Origin: Neodothiora populina
Lineage: Eukaryota
Direction: 5' to 3'
Length of the DNA stretch: 64,000 bases
Assembly: GCF_041146345.1 (NCBI RefSeq)
Contig: NW_027191405.1
Location: forward strand, 1,488,001-1,552,000
The position numbers and the translations under genes are program-made. The stretch's first letter is position 1. Each line of letters opens with the position of its first letter. Under the pieces are notes generated by a model. The model was given only the letters and a program-made list of their open reading frames with translations, was not told the DNA's origin and made no database searches. Below, piece by piece: positions 1 to 11,245 of the stretch.

Positions 1-1398
1 TTTTCGCAGATCCGTCATGGCTGTGGCTTCCTTTGCTTTGCGAGCTCGTCGTCCACCTCGCTTGCGACTAGGTTTGTCATCGGGTGCTGGAAGCGCTCTT
101 GCGCCCCGGTTGGGAGGTGCTTCTGTCAGCTTCTCTAGACGATCAAGACACTGTTGTTTCAGGTCTTCTCCGGTAAAGCCATTAGGTGACTCGTGAACTC
201 GATCGACACGGGCAGCAAGCACGACTTTGGCGCTGACAATGCGCATTGCCTGCTTTTTGAGATCGGTCGGGATCTCGCGAATGATAGGGGAGTTGTAAAG
301 GAAACCTTGGTGGCGTACTCCTACGTTTGTGGCAAACCCTGTCTGAGTATTCTTCTTCGATCCGAGGGGAGGAATATTGCAGGAGGGAGTTTTAGCGAGA
401 CCAGTGATACCTCCAGCGTAGTTGATGAGTTGGGCGGCGGTGAGCGAGCCGATCAAGACAGTCAAGTTTGGTGCGAAGAGATTCATCCGTGATTGCACGT
501 AGTCAGTCAGGGTTTTCTTTGCCTTGTCAAGGCGCAGGATCATCTCGCATGCACTCCGGACAGCTGCGAGCTCCGACTCTGAGAGAGGTTGACCCCTGGT
601 AGTGGTTCCTTCCACGGTGACAACCATAAGCGATGGACCATCGAGAACCTGGCGCAAGGACTGTCCAACCATGGGGTTCATTTCATTCTGGATAGCTTTG
701 ATGTTGTCCATGGGGCCATTGCCAATGATTGCGACCGTCTTTGCATAGTCCAGAGGATTGACAACGAGCCGCTCGAGTTCCGGGAAGCGCACAGAGTAAT
801 GGTCGCGGGTGAACTTGTGCACAAGCATGATCTCGCCATCGATAGAGGTGGAGAGTGTATTTGCTTGTGTCAACAGCTTGTACTCAGGGTTATCCTCCAC
901 GGAACCAATGTTTTTCGTTTGCTTCTCTGGTGGGAGAGCTTGGTAATGAGCGATTTTCTGCAGGAGAAATACCAGAGTCAGGGCTAAAGCTCATCGATGT
1001 AAATCTGATTTGCGCAAATGGGTAATGTGAGAGGTGACTGGGTAGCTTACCTCGAGTACGGGTTCCAGTGTCTTCATAAGGCCTGCCACACTTCGCACGT
1101 CGCCGACAGCGCCCAGCTGCATCTTTTCCACCCTCGCTTTGGTCTCTTCTTCGTCCTCGGCCTCTTGTGCATTGTTCAGGCTAGCATCGCCTTCCATGTC
1201 TTGGTCTTCGATCTCTTCTTCGTCTCCGTCAAGCTCCATGCCGCCATTGCCATTTGGCTCGTCCGGGTCCAGAGGGCGCAGTCCATTGGCAGATGGACCA
1301 CCTATGAGATCGTCATCTCCCTGGAGATTGTTGTTTGTCTCTTCTTCATCCCCGCTGTCTTCGAAATCGTTGAGCAACTCATCTGCGATGGTCGCCAT
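1..1398 (-). CDS. PRP31: U4/U6.U5 snRNP splicing factor Prp31 (NOP domain); 3' end runs off the window
   Basis: ATG at 1398 gives MATIADELLNDFEDS. Intron 958-1050 (GTAAGC..CAG). Exon 2 reads ...IRDHYSARFPELERLVVNPLDYAKTVAII...GFLYNSPIIREIP...LAARVD...RGGRRARKAKEATAMTDLRK, typical of Prp31. Confidence 0.93.
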
Positions 1399-1923
1399 GT
1401 TGTAGTTGGATGCGCAACGGCGCACTGGACCTGAATGGTTTGCTCTATAGTTGCTGAGTGTATATCACTTATCTTATTAATAGTGTTGACCGTCTCGACG
1501 AGATGATTTGGTTCTAGGGTGGAACAGAGTCGGTGTGCTGGAGATGATGTAGTGATGTCAATGTTGAAGTTCTTCAGCCCTTTCGATACAAAATACAGGA
1601 AGGTGGAGGGCGGAGGACGGCAGAGGTGGAGGTGGCGGCGGTGGTGGTGGTGAGCTCACAAAGTTCCGCTCCGCCGTGAGGCTCTGCGTTGCTCCAGGCG
1701 GCGTCTGCCAAGACTCGAGCAACTGTATCTTTACTGCCTACATCGGCTTTCTATCCATCACCATCATACACTCCACCTCGCTCTGATTGTCGCCATATAT
1801 TGCCCGGCGCACTGGTCGCGCGCAATCGGACTGGTACTGGGCTCACATCTTCCTACACGCGTCCAACAATAAAATTGAGATTCTGTCCTCCCTACACACC
1901 AACGATACTATCTCACCTTCATC

Positions 1924-4035
1924 ATGGAGTCTTCACGTGGCCCGCCAAGGGTCAAGAACAAGGCCGCCGCTCCCATCCAGATCTCTGCAGAGCAGCTTTT
2001 GCGAGAAGCAGTGGACAGACAAGAGCCTGCGCTACAGGCTCCTACCCAACGCTTCGCTGATCTCGAAGAACTACACGAATACCAGGGTCGCAAGCGCAAG
2101 GAATTCGAAGACTATGTCCGTCGCAACCGCCTTAGTATGGGGAATTGGATGCGGTATGCCGGATGGGAACTGGAACAGAAAGAATTCAGGAGGGCAAGAA
2201 GTGTCTTCGAGAGAGCTTTGGATGTCGACTCTACCATCGTTCCGTTATGGCTGAGATACATCGAAGCCGAGATGAAGGAGAGAAACATCAACCACGCGCG
2301 AAACGTATTGGACAGAGCCGTGACAATTCTTCCCCGAGTGGACAAGCTCTGGTACAAATATGTCTACATGGAGGAGACTCTTGGCAATGTTCCCGGCACA
2401 CGACAGGTCTTCGAGAGGTGGATGAGCTGGGAGCCTGATGAGGCGGCCTGGAGCGCCTACATAAAGCTGGAGAAGAGGTATGGAGAATTCGATCGTGCAA
2501 GGTCAATCTTCGAACGCTTCACAATTGTACACCCAGAGCCGAGGAACTGGATTAAATGGGCGCGCTTCGAAGAGGAGAATGGTACAAGTGACCATGTCCG
2601 TGAGGTCTTTGGAATGGCCATTGAAACCCTTGGCGAGGACTTCATGGACGAGAAAGTCTTCATCGCCTATGCCAGGTACGAGGCCAAACTGAAAGAGTAT
2701 GAGCGTGCAAGGGCTATCTACAAATATGCTTTGGATCGCATGCCCAGAAGCAAGTCTGTTCTCTTACACAAGCACTACACAACATTCGAGAAACAATATG
2801 GTGACCGCGAAGGAGTCGAGGACGTTATTCTGGGCAAGCGACGTGTACAGTATGAGGAGCAGGTTAGGGAAAACCCCAAAAACTACGATTCCTGGATCGA
2901 TTACGCCCGACTTGAAGAGTCTTCTGGCGATGCAGAGCGAACACGCGACGTCTATGAGCGCGCGATTGCTCAGGTACCTCCAACTCATGAGAAACGTCAC
3001 TGGCGTCGCTATATCTATTTGTGGATCTTCTACGCATTATGGGAGGAAACCGACAACAAGGACCCGGAGCGCGCACGACAGGTTTACAATGAATGCCTTA
3101 AGCTCATCCCACACAAGAAGTTCACATTTGCAAAGATCTGGCTTCTGAAGGCTCAGTCCGAGATACGACAGATGCAACTACAGAACGCGCGAAAAACACT
3201 CGGTCAGGCCATTGGCATGTGTCCGAAAGACAAGCTGTTCAAAGGCTATATCGAGTTGGAATTGAAGCTCTTTGAGTTTGTGCGGTGTCGGACGCTGTAC
3301 GAGAAACACATTGAATGGAATCCAGCCAATTGCCAGGCCTGGATTAAATTTGCCGAGCTGGAGCGTGGTCTGGATGACTTAGAACGAACCAGGGCTATCT
3401 TTGAATTGGCTGTTGATCAGCCGCAGCTTGACATGCCTGAGCTTCTGTGGAAAGCTTACATAGACTTCGAGGAGGAAGAGGGTGAGTATGAGCGTACGCG
3501 AGCTCTGTACGAAAGGCTGCTCGAAAAGACGGATCACGTCAAGGTCTGGATCAGCTTTGCACACTTCGAGATCAACGTGCCGGACGAGGAAGAAGAGGAA
3601 GACGGAACGGACGAGGCAGAAGAAAGACCAGTCAGCGACAACGCCAAAGCGAATGCACGCAAGGTGTTCGAGAGAGCCTATAGCAACTTCAAGCAGAAGG
3701 ATCTCAAGGAAGAGGTACGTGAAGTTCACTTATCGACATCATTAAGCATAGCACTGACCCAAGAACAGCGCGTCGCTCTTCTCAACGCATGGCGATCATT
3801 TGAGCAGACACATGGCACTGCTGAGGATCTAGAAAAGGTCGAGAAGCAAATGCCGAGAAGGGTCAAGAAGAGAAGAAAGTTGGCCGAGAACGAATTTGAA
3901 GAGTACATGGACTACGTCTTCCCCGCCGATGACGAGAGTGCGGCCAAGATGTCCAAACTCTTGCAGATGGCACAGGCATGGAAACAGAAACAGCAGCAGC
4001 AGACCCCCACCACCGAGACAGAGGAGAGTGCTTGA
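1924..4035 (+). CDS. CLF1: Pre-mRNA splicing factor Clf1/Syf3 (crooked-neck, HAT repeats)
   Basis: N-terminus [28 protein letters not shown], many HAT repeats, C-terminal DYVFPADD. A 54-nt intron is likely at 3715-3768 (GTACGT..CACTGAC..CAG). Confidence 0.97.
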   Translation: MESSRGPPRVKNKAAAPIQISAEQLLREAVDRQEPALQAPTQRFADLEELHEYQGRKRKEFEDYVRRNRLSMGNWMRYAGWELEQKEFRRARSVFERALDVDSTIVPLWLRYIEAEMKERNINHARNVLDRAVTILPRVDKLWYKYVYMEETLGNVPGTRQVFERWMSWEPDEAAWSAYIKLEKRYGEFDRARSIFERFTIVHPEPRNWIKWARFEEENGTSDHVREVFGMAIETLGEDFMDEKVFIAYARYEAKLKEYERARAIYKYALDRMPRSKSVLLHKHYTTFEKQYGDREGVEDVILGKRRVQYEEQVRENPKNYDSWIDYARLEESSGDAERTRDVYERAIAQVPPTHEKRHWRRYIYLWIFYALWEETDNKDPERARQVYNECLKLIPHKKFTFAKIWLLKAQSEIRQMQLQNARKTLGQAIGMCPKDKLFKGYIELELKLFEFVRCRTLYEKHIEWNPANCQAWIKFAELERGLDDLERTRAIFELAVDQPQLDMPELLWKAYIDFEEEEGEYERTRALYERLLEKTDHVKVWISFAHFEINVPDEEEEEDGTDEAEERPVSDNAKANARKVFERAYSNFKQKDLKEEVREVHLSTSLSIALTQEQRVALLNAWRSFEQTHGTAEDLEKVEKQMPRRVKKRRKLAENEFEEYMDYVFPADDESAAKMSKLLQMAQAWKQKQQQQTPTTETEESA

Positions 4036-6014
4036 TCTCACCGCTAGCTTTAAAAATCACATATGTTGCTGTCTCGGATCATGATGCGCCAGCACACGCA
4101 TCGACTCGCAGCATCACGACATGATTGGTCTCAAGCACTATCCTCTAATGGCCGAGTCAGAAGGTAATTGTGATGACATGTGGGTCATGCCTATAGAAAA
4201 TCAGCTATCGGCGCTTGAATGTCAGATCTTCAGCTATCACAATTCGCGCGCCAACGACGCTTTAAAATCACAATAATATTGTTGTCAAAAGTGATCCAAA
4301 GCGGAATGATCAGCTACTTTTAGTTTCATTGCCTAGAGCCTCCCAAGACTCGAGTAATTTCCTCCAGGTATCTCCGCGTACCATTCTCGCATCAGCTGCG
4401 CAGCCTTGCAGCATTTAAATTTGACCAGACATCCGCCTTGCATGATACACCGGCATCACTGCGAATGGACAAAACGTCTGAAGCATCGACGAAATTACTA
4501 TTTAGAGACATACCATGTCGGTAACCTTTCTTCACTGTCCTTCTTCGTACGGTCAAAGCATGCATGGTACGCTTGGCAGCTAGGAGGGCGTCAGCTTTAG
4601 GCGAGATCAGGGTTTCGTTTCAGGGGCACTAAACTGGTATGGTTTCCGTCAGGGGAACGAGATCGACAAGCCCGCTTCGAAACGCACGACCTTTGCGGTG
4701 TTCAGTGCTCTGCAGACCACTCGCAACTATAGCTATATCGATGTAATTAAGAGAGTACAACTTCTACTTCTACAGAGACAGATCCAGATGCGCTGGAAAC
4801 ATCAGGGAAAGTGAGGTCGGAAAATCGTCTAATATAGATAAACGTTGCCAGTCGCGTCTTGATTCTTCGTGATGCCCCCCTTGTCTTAAAGCTCCAGACC
4901 CACATGGAAGCAAGTAGCAGCCCGCAAGTACCAAGTTTTGTGGAGAGAGAGAAAAGAGAGACAAAGTCTGAGCGCGTGAAGCACCTCATCAGTCTGCGAC
5001 CACGAGCAGTATCACACAAGTCGGCAATGCGCCATCGCCGTAAGCTATGATAGTAGGCTCCCATTCTTCTGGGGGATCTTTGAGCTATAATTGGGCTCCA
5101 GATTAATCTAGAGTTACACTCGGGACGAAAGAAATCGGCTGGCGAACGGATCATCACGAAGAGAGTCAATGCGTCCATCACGCATCGCCTTCCCACTCTC
5201 ACCTCCTGTTCCAAACGTTTCCTCCAACGGCCGAGACGGCTTTCTTGTCTGCCATATCGCACTTTCATGCTAGAGCAGGTCAGCTAAGCCAGCTGCCAGT
5301 CTTTCGTTTTTTCTGCTTCTCTAGCTGTGCTGTTTTGAATCTGCTGGGTTCGCTACCATTAGTTCTTTTGCGACGAGGTTCCGAGTGTCTCGTGTTTCAC
5401 GATCGAGCGTCCTTCCTCGCTTCGTTCTGTATTCTCCGAGGGCAGATCAAGCGTAGTTGCAGGCAATTCACTCACCCAAACGCTGTTATCACGCGGGCCG
5501 TTGACAGCTAATCCATCCATCGATCATCCACAACACGTCCAGGACCGTTACGCTCTCTTTTCGCACCCCTGTCGTGAGTTTACCATCATCGGTACACTCC
5601 CGCAGGTATCTCGCCTCGCACTCTTCCACACTCATTCTGTCAAGCGACTACACCGGACCTTACTGTCATTTACGCGACACACTGACCACAATACACTCAC
5701 TTTGGACGAGCAAACTAATTGTTGCAAGTCTGTAATCGATTAATTGCCTGACGTTAAGACGTGGGTTCCGCTTTCCTGATTCAGCAAGTAGCACCTTGCA
5801 CCTTCTGTTTCGCGACCTTGCGAAGTCTCTCCTCGATCGGACCGCATCCACATCTGATTCTACCAAACCGGAATAACCAGCGTGTGTGTGCGATGACTTG
5901 CCAGTAGCCTTCAACCAAGACGACAGATTCTACAGCCCGCTTCGCGCGCGACCACTCGCTAAATACACCTTCATCCGATAATTTCTTAATACCACCCAAC
6001 CAAATTTACTTATC

Positions 6015-8957
6015 ATGTCTGTCCCGCGGCCCAAGAAGTCCCTGAGTGGACGATGTTCTGCCGTACACGAAGACACTCTTTACGTGCTGTCGCCGAATGC
6101 TTTCCAATCACTACCGTTGAAAGAGAATGCCACTTGGTCTACATTACCACAAGGTGAGGCTGTGACAGGCCCTGCTTGTGTCACAGCGATACCCAATGGA
6201 GATCAATCACAAGCAGCCCTCTATGTCATAGGAGGCACTTCATCCAACGACAGTTATGGAGGCATGCAACGATTCTTTTTCAAAAATCAGTCATGGGAAA
6301 CACTCACGCCACTCACACCGGACATGAAAGGTCGGACAGATCACAGCGTAGCTTACCTGAATGACTCTGCTTCTATCTTAGTCTATGCTGGTTCTCAGCC
6401 GCAGGCTTCAGCTGCATTGTCGAGTCAAACATTCCTTATTTCAGCCACTGAGCCGTACGACATATCGGCCTTTACCTCGACAGCTCCGCCAGCAAACCAG
6501 CCAGTGCTTTTGCAATGGGATAGTGGCCACGCTGTCATGCTAGGAGGTGAAAGGGACAACAAACAGATCTTCACCTTTGGACCCGAAGGATGGGAGGAAC
6601 TCGGCACTAACCTTACCTCAGCCTTACCCAGCAACGCTGGCGCGACTCTAATATCGGGCACTGATGGCAGTAAAGTTCTTCAAGTTTACGATGCCTCCAA
6701 GTCACCGAATGAAGTCGAGAACATCGTCTTGCTAGGGGCAGGTGGTAAGACTGCCAAAAACGGACAAACAATAGGCACCGAGTCGTCACGGAAAAGGAAA
6801 CGCGATCTGACGCTACAAAACTGGCCAGAATACAACAGCACAGATGCACCAAAGACACAGCGATCAGACTATACGGTTGCGCAAAGCTCGGACGGACTGG
6901 CCATCATCAGTGGTGGCGACGACAGCAATCCGGTGGCCATCTTCAACCAGAAAGAGAACACCTGGGTGGATGCATCGACATTCTTCAACGGCTCACCGAA
7001 GCAGGTTCCACTCACGAGTTCCACTTCTTCAGCGACTCCTACGTCGACCATGCCTCCTTCGACTACTAGTGATGCAGCAGCGGCAACCTCAACCGAGCCA
7101 GTTGGTCTCAAGAAATCTACTTCCTCCCACACAAGGAGAACTCTTGGTATCACTCTCGGTGTGTTGGCAGGTGTCGCACTTCTTATGGCTATAGCTCTGC
7201 TCTACATGAGGAAGCGCAAGAACAAGAAGAAGCAACAATCAGCATACATCGACGAAAAGGATGCCGACAGGTTGAGCTTTGCCGATCGTGGTGCTTCTTT
7301 CATGAAAGAAGCTGGTGGATCAGTAGCCGATCTTGATCGCATGGCACCACCCAAACTTCATCACTTCCAAAATGATTCGCAGAGCTCACTGGCGATTTTC
7401 GGAGTCAAGAATACTGGTGCCAGTCAAAACCCGAGCAGGATGGACAGCCGTAGTCCGACTGTGGTCGAGCCACTAGCGCCTCCAAAGATCTTCAACAATG
7501 ACGAGAGCTCCGGTCACAATTCACTGATGATCATCGCTGGAAAGTTTGGTGCAAATCGTCACAGCAGAGGCACGGGGCAGAAAGGTAGCTTTGAGAGTAC
7601 AGCACGACTTGTCAGGTCCCCCTCAGCTGAGGCCAAGAAGTCGCCCGTGCTGGAGCTCGAGGAGATCACCAGCAGCGCCTGGAGTCCAGCTCCTGGGGTA
7701 CAATCTGGGGATCACAGCAACCAGTTTGCGCCCAATGCTAATGCTGTGCTTCCGCAGCCTGCAAACGACCCCTCGAGTCTTGATGTCAAGAAACGAAGTT
7801 CCGGGTGGTCAAAATACTTTGCACCAGCTGAAAACACTGGGTATCAGCCCACGCATCAAAATTCTTCCAACCTCAGCGTGTCGCAGTACACTGTGCCGTC
7901 ACGGATGGCATCTTCTTTGAATGTGCCTCCCCTGGACATCGGTCTACACAACGATCTCGAAGCTCAAAGGTTGTCAGCTGTGGCCAAGGGACGACCAAGC
8001 TATCAGCATAGCAACGAGGATCTTGCCGCTAGAGGCGCCAGTCTCGACTCTGTGCGCCCTCAGACTGCAGCATTCCATACGGGCAATTCACTAGAGCCTG
8101 ACAGCTATCTCAACGATCGCGACTCTTTCACTTCTGAGAACCGACGACACTCGACCGACTCGATCGGATCGCACCGCATTGCTTCATCGATCTTCTTTAA
8201 CGGAGGCGAGGGCATAAGCAATGTTTCAGGATGGCATGGCATGGCCGCAAAGCCTGTCGTTCGTGGCGATAGCACGTCGGCGATCAAGGAGATACACATA
8301 CCGCCATCAAACTCTCCGCGGATCCAACAATTGCAGAGAGGTGAGAGCATGGGAGGGTTCGCCCGTCCGCCGTCAAGCACGTATAGCGCTAGCATCGCAC
8401 CCGGACGCGACAGCCGCTTGCCGCCAAGCGCAGACGATCTACCTGGACGAGCTCTCAGCCCTCCGATTCGAGGTCCCACGACGGTCCAGATCCCTGGGCC
8501 AGCAGCACGAGCAGCAATGAAAGGCACTAACAACTCAGGCTTCTTCCCTTCGAACAAGGATGCCAGCCGCCTTCCACCCCGCAAGGTCGGTGCTCTGCAT
8601 CCTGGCACACTGGCAGCGATTTCCTACTCTGGCATCAACACGGACGAGTTGGTGATCAAGAGCAGGATCAAGCGCGTCGACCCGGACAGTGAGAACCGTG
8701 ACTCGAATCTCACCGTGTGGCCGAGTGCAGACGACGGCTTGGACAAGGGCGTGACGCTGAAGTACCTCCAGGAGCAGGAGCGTCTGAAGCGAGAAAAGGA
8801 GACGCAAAAGACAGGGCCCAACTTCCAACGTGAGCAAATGGAAAGGCAAGCACGGGAAATGAGAGAGAAGGAGATTCAAGAAGGCACGGGGAGTGGAAAC
8901 TCCGTGATGAGCGGGTACAGCGAATACAGCTGGCTGAACCTTGGCGCACAGAAGTGA
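6015..8957 (+). CDS. Single-pass membrane protein: kelch/galactose-oxidase-like beta-propeller ectodomain, Ser/Thr stalk, long disordered cytoplasmic tail
   Basis: 980-aa intronless ORF. Kelch-like motifs (LYVIGG, LVYAGS, VMLGG, AIISGG), many NxS/T sites, TM helix LGITLGVLAGVALLMAIALLYM followed by RKRKNKKK. Confidence 0.75.
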   Translation: MSVPRPKKSLSGRCSAVHEDTLYVLSPNAFQSLPLKENATWSTLPQGEAVTGPACVTAIPNGDQSQAALYVIGGTSSNDSYGGMQRFFFKNQSWETLTPLTPDMKGRTDHSVAYLNDSASILVYAGSQPQASAALSSQTFLISATEPYDISAFTSTAPPANQPVLLQWDSGHAVMLGGERDNKQIFTFGPEGWEELGTNLTSALPSNAGATLISGTDGSKVLQVYDASKSPNEVENIVLLGAGGKTAKNGQTIGTESSRKRKRDLTLQNWPEYNSTDAPKTQRSDYTVAQSSDGLAIISGGDDSNPVAIFNQKENTWVDASTFFNGSPKQVPLTSSTSSATPTSTMPPSTTSDAAAATSTEPVGLKKSTSSHTRRTLGITLGVLAGVALLMAIALLYMRKRKNKKKQQSAYIDEKDADRLSFADRGASFMKEAGGSVADLDRMAPPKLHHFQNDSQSSLAIFGVKNTGASQNPSRMDSRSPTVVEPLAPPKIFNNDESSGHNSLMIIAGKFGANRHSRGTGQKGSFESTARLVRSPSAEAKKSPVLELEEITSSAWSPAPGVQSGDHSNQFAPNANAVLPQPANDPSSLDVKKRSSGWSKYFAPAENTGYQPTHQNSSNLSVSQYTVPSRMASSLNVPPLDIGLHNDLEAQRLSAVAKGRPSYQHSNEDLAARGASLDSVRPQTAAFHTGNSLEPDSYLNDRDSFTSENRRHSTDSIGSHRIASSIFFNGGEGISNVSGWHGMAAKPVVRGDSTSAIKEIHIPPSNSPRIQQLQRGESMGGFARPPSSTYSASIAPGRDSRLPPSADDLPGRALSPPIRGPTTVQIPGPAARAAMKGTNNSGFFPSNKDASRLPPRKVGALHPGTLAAISYSGINTDELVIKSRIKRVDPDSENRDSNLTVWPSADDGLDKGVTLKYLQEQERLKREKETQKTGPNFQREQMERQAREMREKEIQEGTGSGNSVMSGYSEYSWLNLGAQK

Positions 8958-9060
8958 GCAAGTGACGGTAATAAGAAAAGAAGTGCATGGACAGACGGAT
9001 GTGGTTGATATGGGAAAAGAAGGAGAGGAAGATGTGGATTCCGACTAGGATCGGGAAGTG

Positions 9061-9107
9061 AGGAGGAGGAGGAGGAGGAGGAGGAGGAGAAGAAGAAGAA
9101 GAAGAAG

Positions 9108-9137
<30 letters not shown>
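9061..9137. repeat. Compound (GAG)n(AAG)n trinucleotide microsatellite
   Basis: Pure purine tract read directly from the sequence. Confidence 0.97.
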
Positions 9138-9138
<1 letters not shown>

Positions 9139-9637
9139 GCGCGGTGTAGAGTTCATTGCCCTGGTTTTTTTGTCGTCGTTGCCGTCGTCGTCGCTGTGGC
9201 ATTGAGGTGTTTTTTTCTAATGCCCCCTTCTGACGTTTAGTGTACTGTACTATTCCCTATTTGCATTTTTCTTCTTATTTCTATATTTATCTTCTCCCTT
9301 TCTAGATATCTACCTCGCTCGCTTTTTCCAACTGTATGTCGATGCCTTTACAGGCTACCTGTTAATCCCCACCTTGATTGTTCTACTGTCCAGCTTGCTA
9401 CTTGACAAGGAGGACTGGGAGAGAGATGAGATATGCCGAAGATGTTCCGCGCGGACTTTGAGAAGTGAATCTTGGCAGAATTGTGTTAGATCCAGAAAGT
9501 CCATCTTCGTGGATTGTGAGGATAAAAGCAATAGATAGATCGCATTCCTCGTAGGTCGACCTTAGCAATCCACCATTGACGCCATCTGTTGACTCTTGCC
9601 GCCAGCCTTTCCACCAATACACACACATCTTTGCAAA

Positions 9638-9685
9638 ATGCCGCCCAGAATACGGTTACCGTCAGCTCGCCGACTGCAGCGCCTC

Positions 9686-9719
<34 letters not shown>

Positions 9720-10636
9720 CACGATTCACACATCTTTCACCACGCTGCTATGCCTCACTAGCCACGACACCTTCTGCCGCTCTTCCACATGACGAAGGCG
9801 TCATTATTACCCACCACAATCCCACTCAACCGCCGTCATACAAGCCTGCCGAGTTCCGCAAGACCCAGCTGCATCGCGCCTACACCTCGCTACTACGCTC
9901 TTCGCCGCTAATGCTCCTCTTCCAACACAACAACCTCAAAGCCGTAGAATGGAGCGGCATCCGCCGCGAGCTGTCCTCGGCCCTACGCAAAGTCGACGCC
10001 GAGCTGGCGGCCGCGGGAGACTCAGCAGGCGCCGTGGCAGGCGAGAGTGCAAAGCTGCAGATCATCCAGACGGGCATCTTCGCCTCGGCACTCAAGGTCG
10101 TCGAGTTCTACAACCCGGAGACCGACGGCGGCGCCACGACGCTATCACGCACCGCATGGGAGACCGCCCGCCGCAAGAACCGCGAGCTCTCCACTGGTCT
10201 CGAACCGCTCCTCTCTGGACCCCTCATGGTCGTTTCCTTCCCCTCCGTCAGCCCGCAACACGTGCGCGCCGTCCTCGAGATCCTCTCTCCCAGCGAAGGC
10301 TTCAAGGCGCCCAAGCGGCGCGTCGCTCCGGGCCTGTACGAGGCGCCCGTGCAGAGCGGCCTTCAGAAACTCATGTTGCTCGGCGCGCGTGTCGAGGGAG
10401 ACGTGTTTGATACCGAGGGGACCAAGTGGGTTGGTTCCATCGCGGGCGGTATCCGTGGCCTCAGGAGCCAGCTGGTGTATATGTTGCAGAGCGTGGGTGC
10501 GGGTGTCACGACTACTCTCGAGGGCGCAGCCAAGAGTCTGTATGTTACTGTTGAGTCGCGACGACAGGATATGGAGGGACCCGCTGAGGGTGAGTCGTCA
10601 TCGGCTACTGCTGAGGGCGCGGAGAAGAAGGAGTAG
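9638..10636 (+). CDS. MRPL11: Mitochondrial ribosomal protein uL10m (Mrpl11-like)
   Basis: Arg/Ser-rich presequence from ATG 9638 (AAAATG), then PTQPPSYKPAEFRKTQLHRAYTSLLRSSPLMLLFQHNNL..EWSGIRREL..LLGARVEG, characteristic of fungal uL10m. Confidence 0.82.
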
Positions 10637-11245
10637 AGTCACTAAAGAAAGGAGCGAAAAGACCTCCCGGTGAGACGTGAGATGAGAATCTTTGTATATC
10701 CTATATAGTCCCACTTCCTTTGCATGGATGGGACGAATCGGTGAATTGTATCATTATAAATCCTACCATTTCCTTAATTGTTCCATATCCAGAAAGAATA
10801 AATCCTACCCTACTTTCGTCCATCAGCACCCGACATGTCCAGAATATCAGAAGTTGGCCCTTTCACATCCGTTATTTCAATACTCGCTGCTTAGATTTCA
10901 ATACTTGATATCATTGAACTCATAAAAGAGGGCCCTACTGCATTAAGAAAACTGGCATCGAGAGGACCATTTCACCTTGGCACTGAAGCACGGAGGGAAC
11001 AAGTCATCATAGCCTTGGTCTTCGCACTCTTGCTTCTTCTCCTTCCCGGGAATTCCCCCTTGCAGTTGTCTGTGGCCTTGGCTGTATCGCATGTGTCCAT
11101 CCCTGCCTCTCCGAAATCGACCAGAAATGTCATCGAATCTAACCATCCCCAGGACAGCCCCTGAAGCAGCAACAACTGTCGTTTAGGTACATCCCCCTCC
11201 CCTTTTGTACTACCCAGGAATCCCGGCCTGATTGCATTAATCCAA

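Noticed and set aside
4747..5268. 173-aa minus-strand ORF between CLF1 and the kelch gene
   Set aside because: No recognisable motif or coding-like composition; probably promoter or UTR sequence.
8710..9240. Poly-Ser, poly-Phe and poly-Arg ORFs
   Set aside because: Artefacts of the (GAG)n(AAG)n microsatellite.
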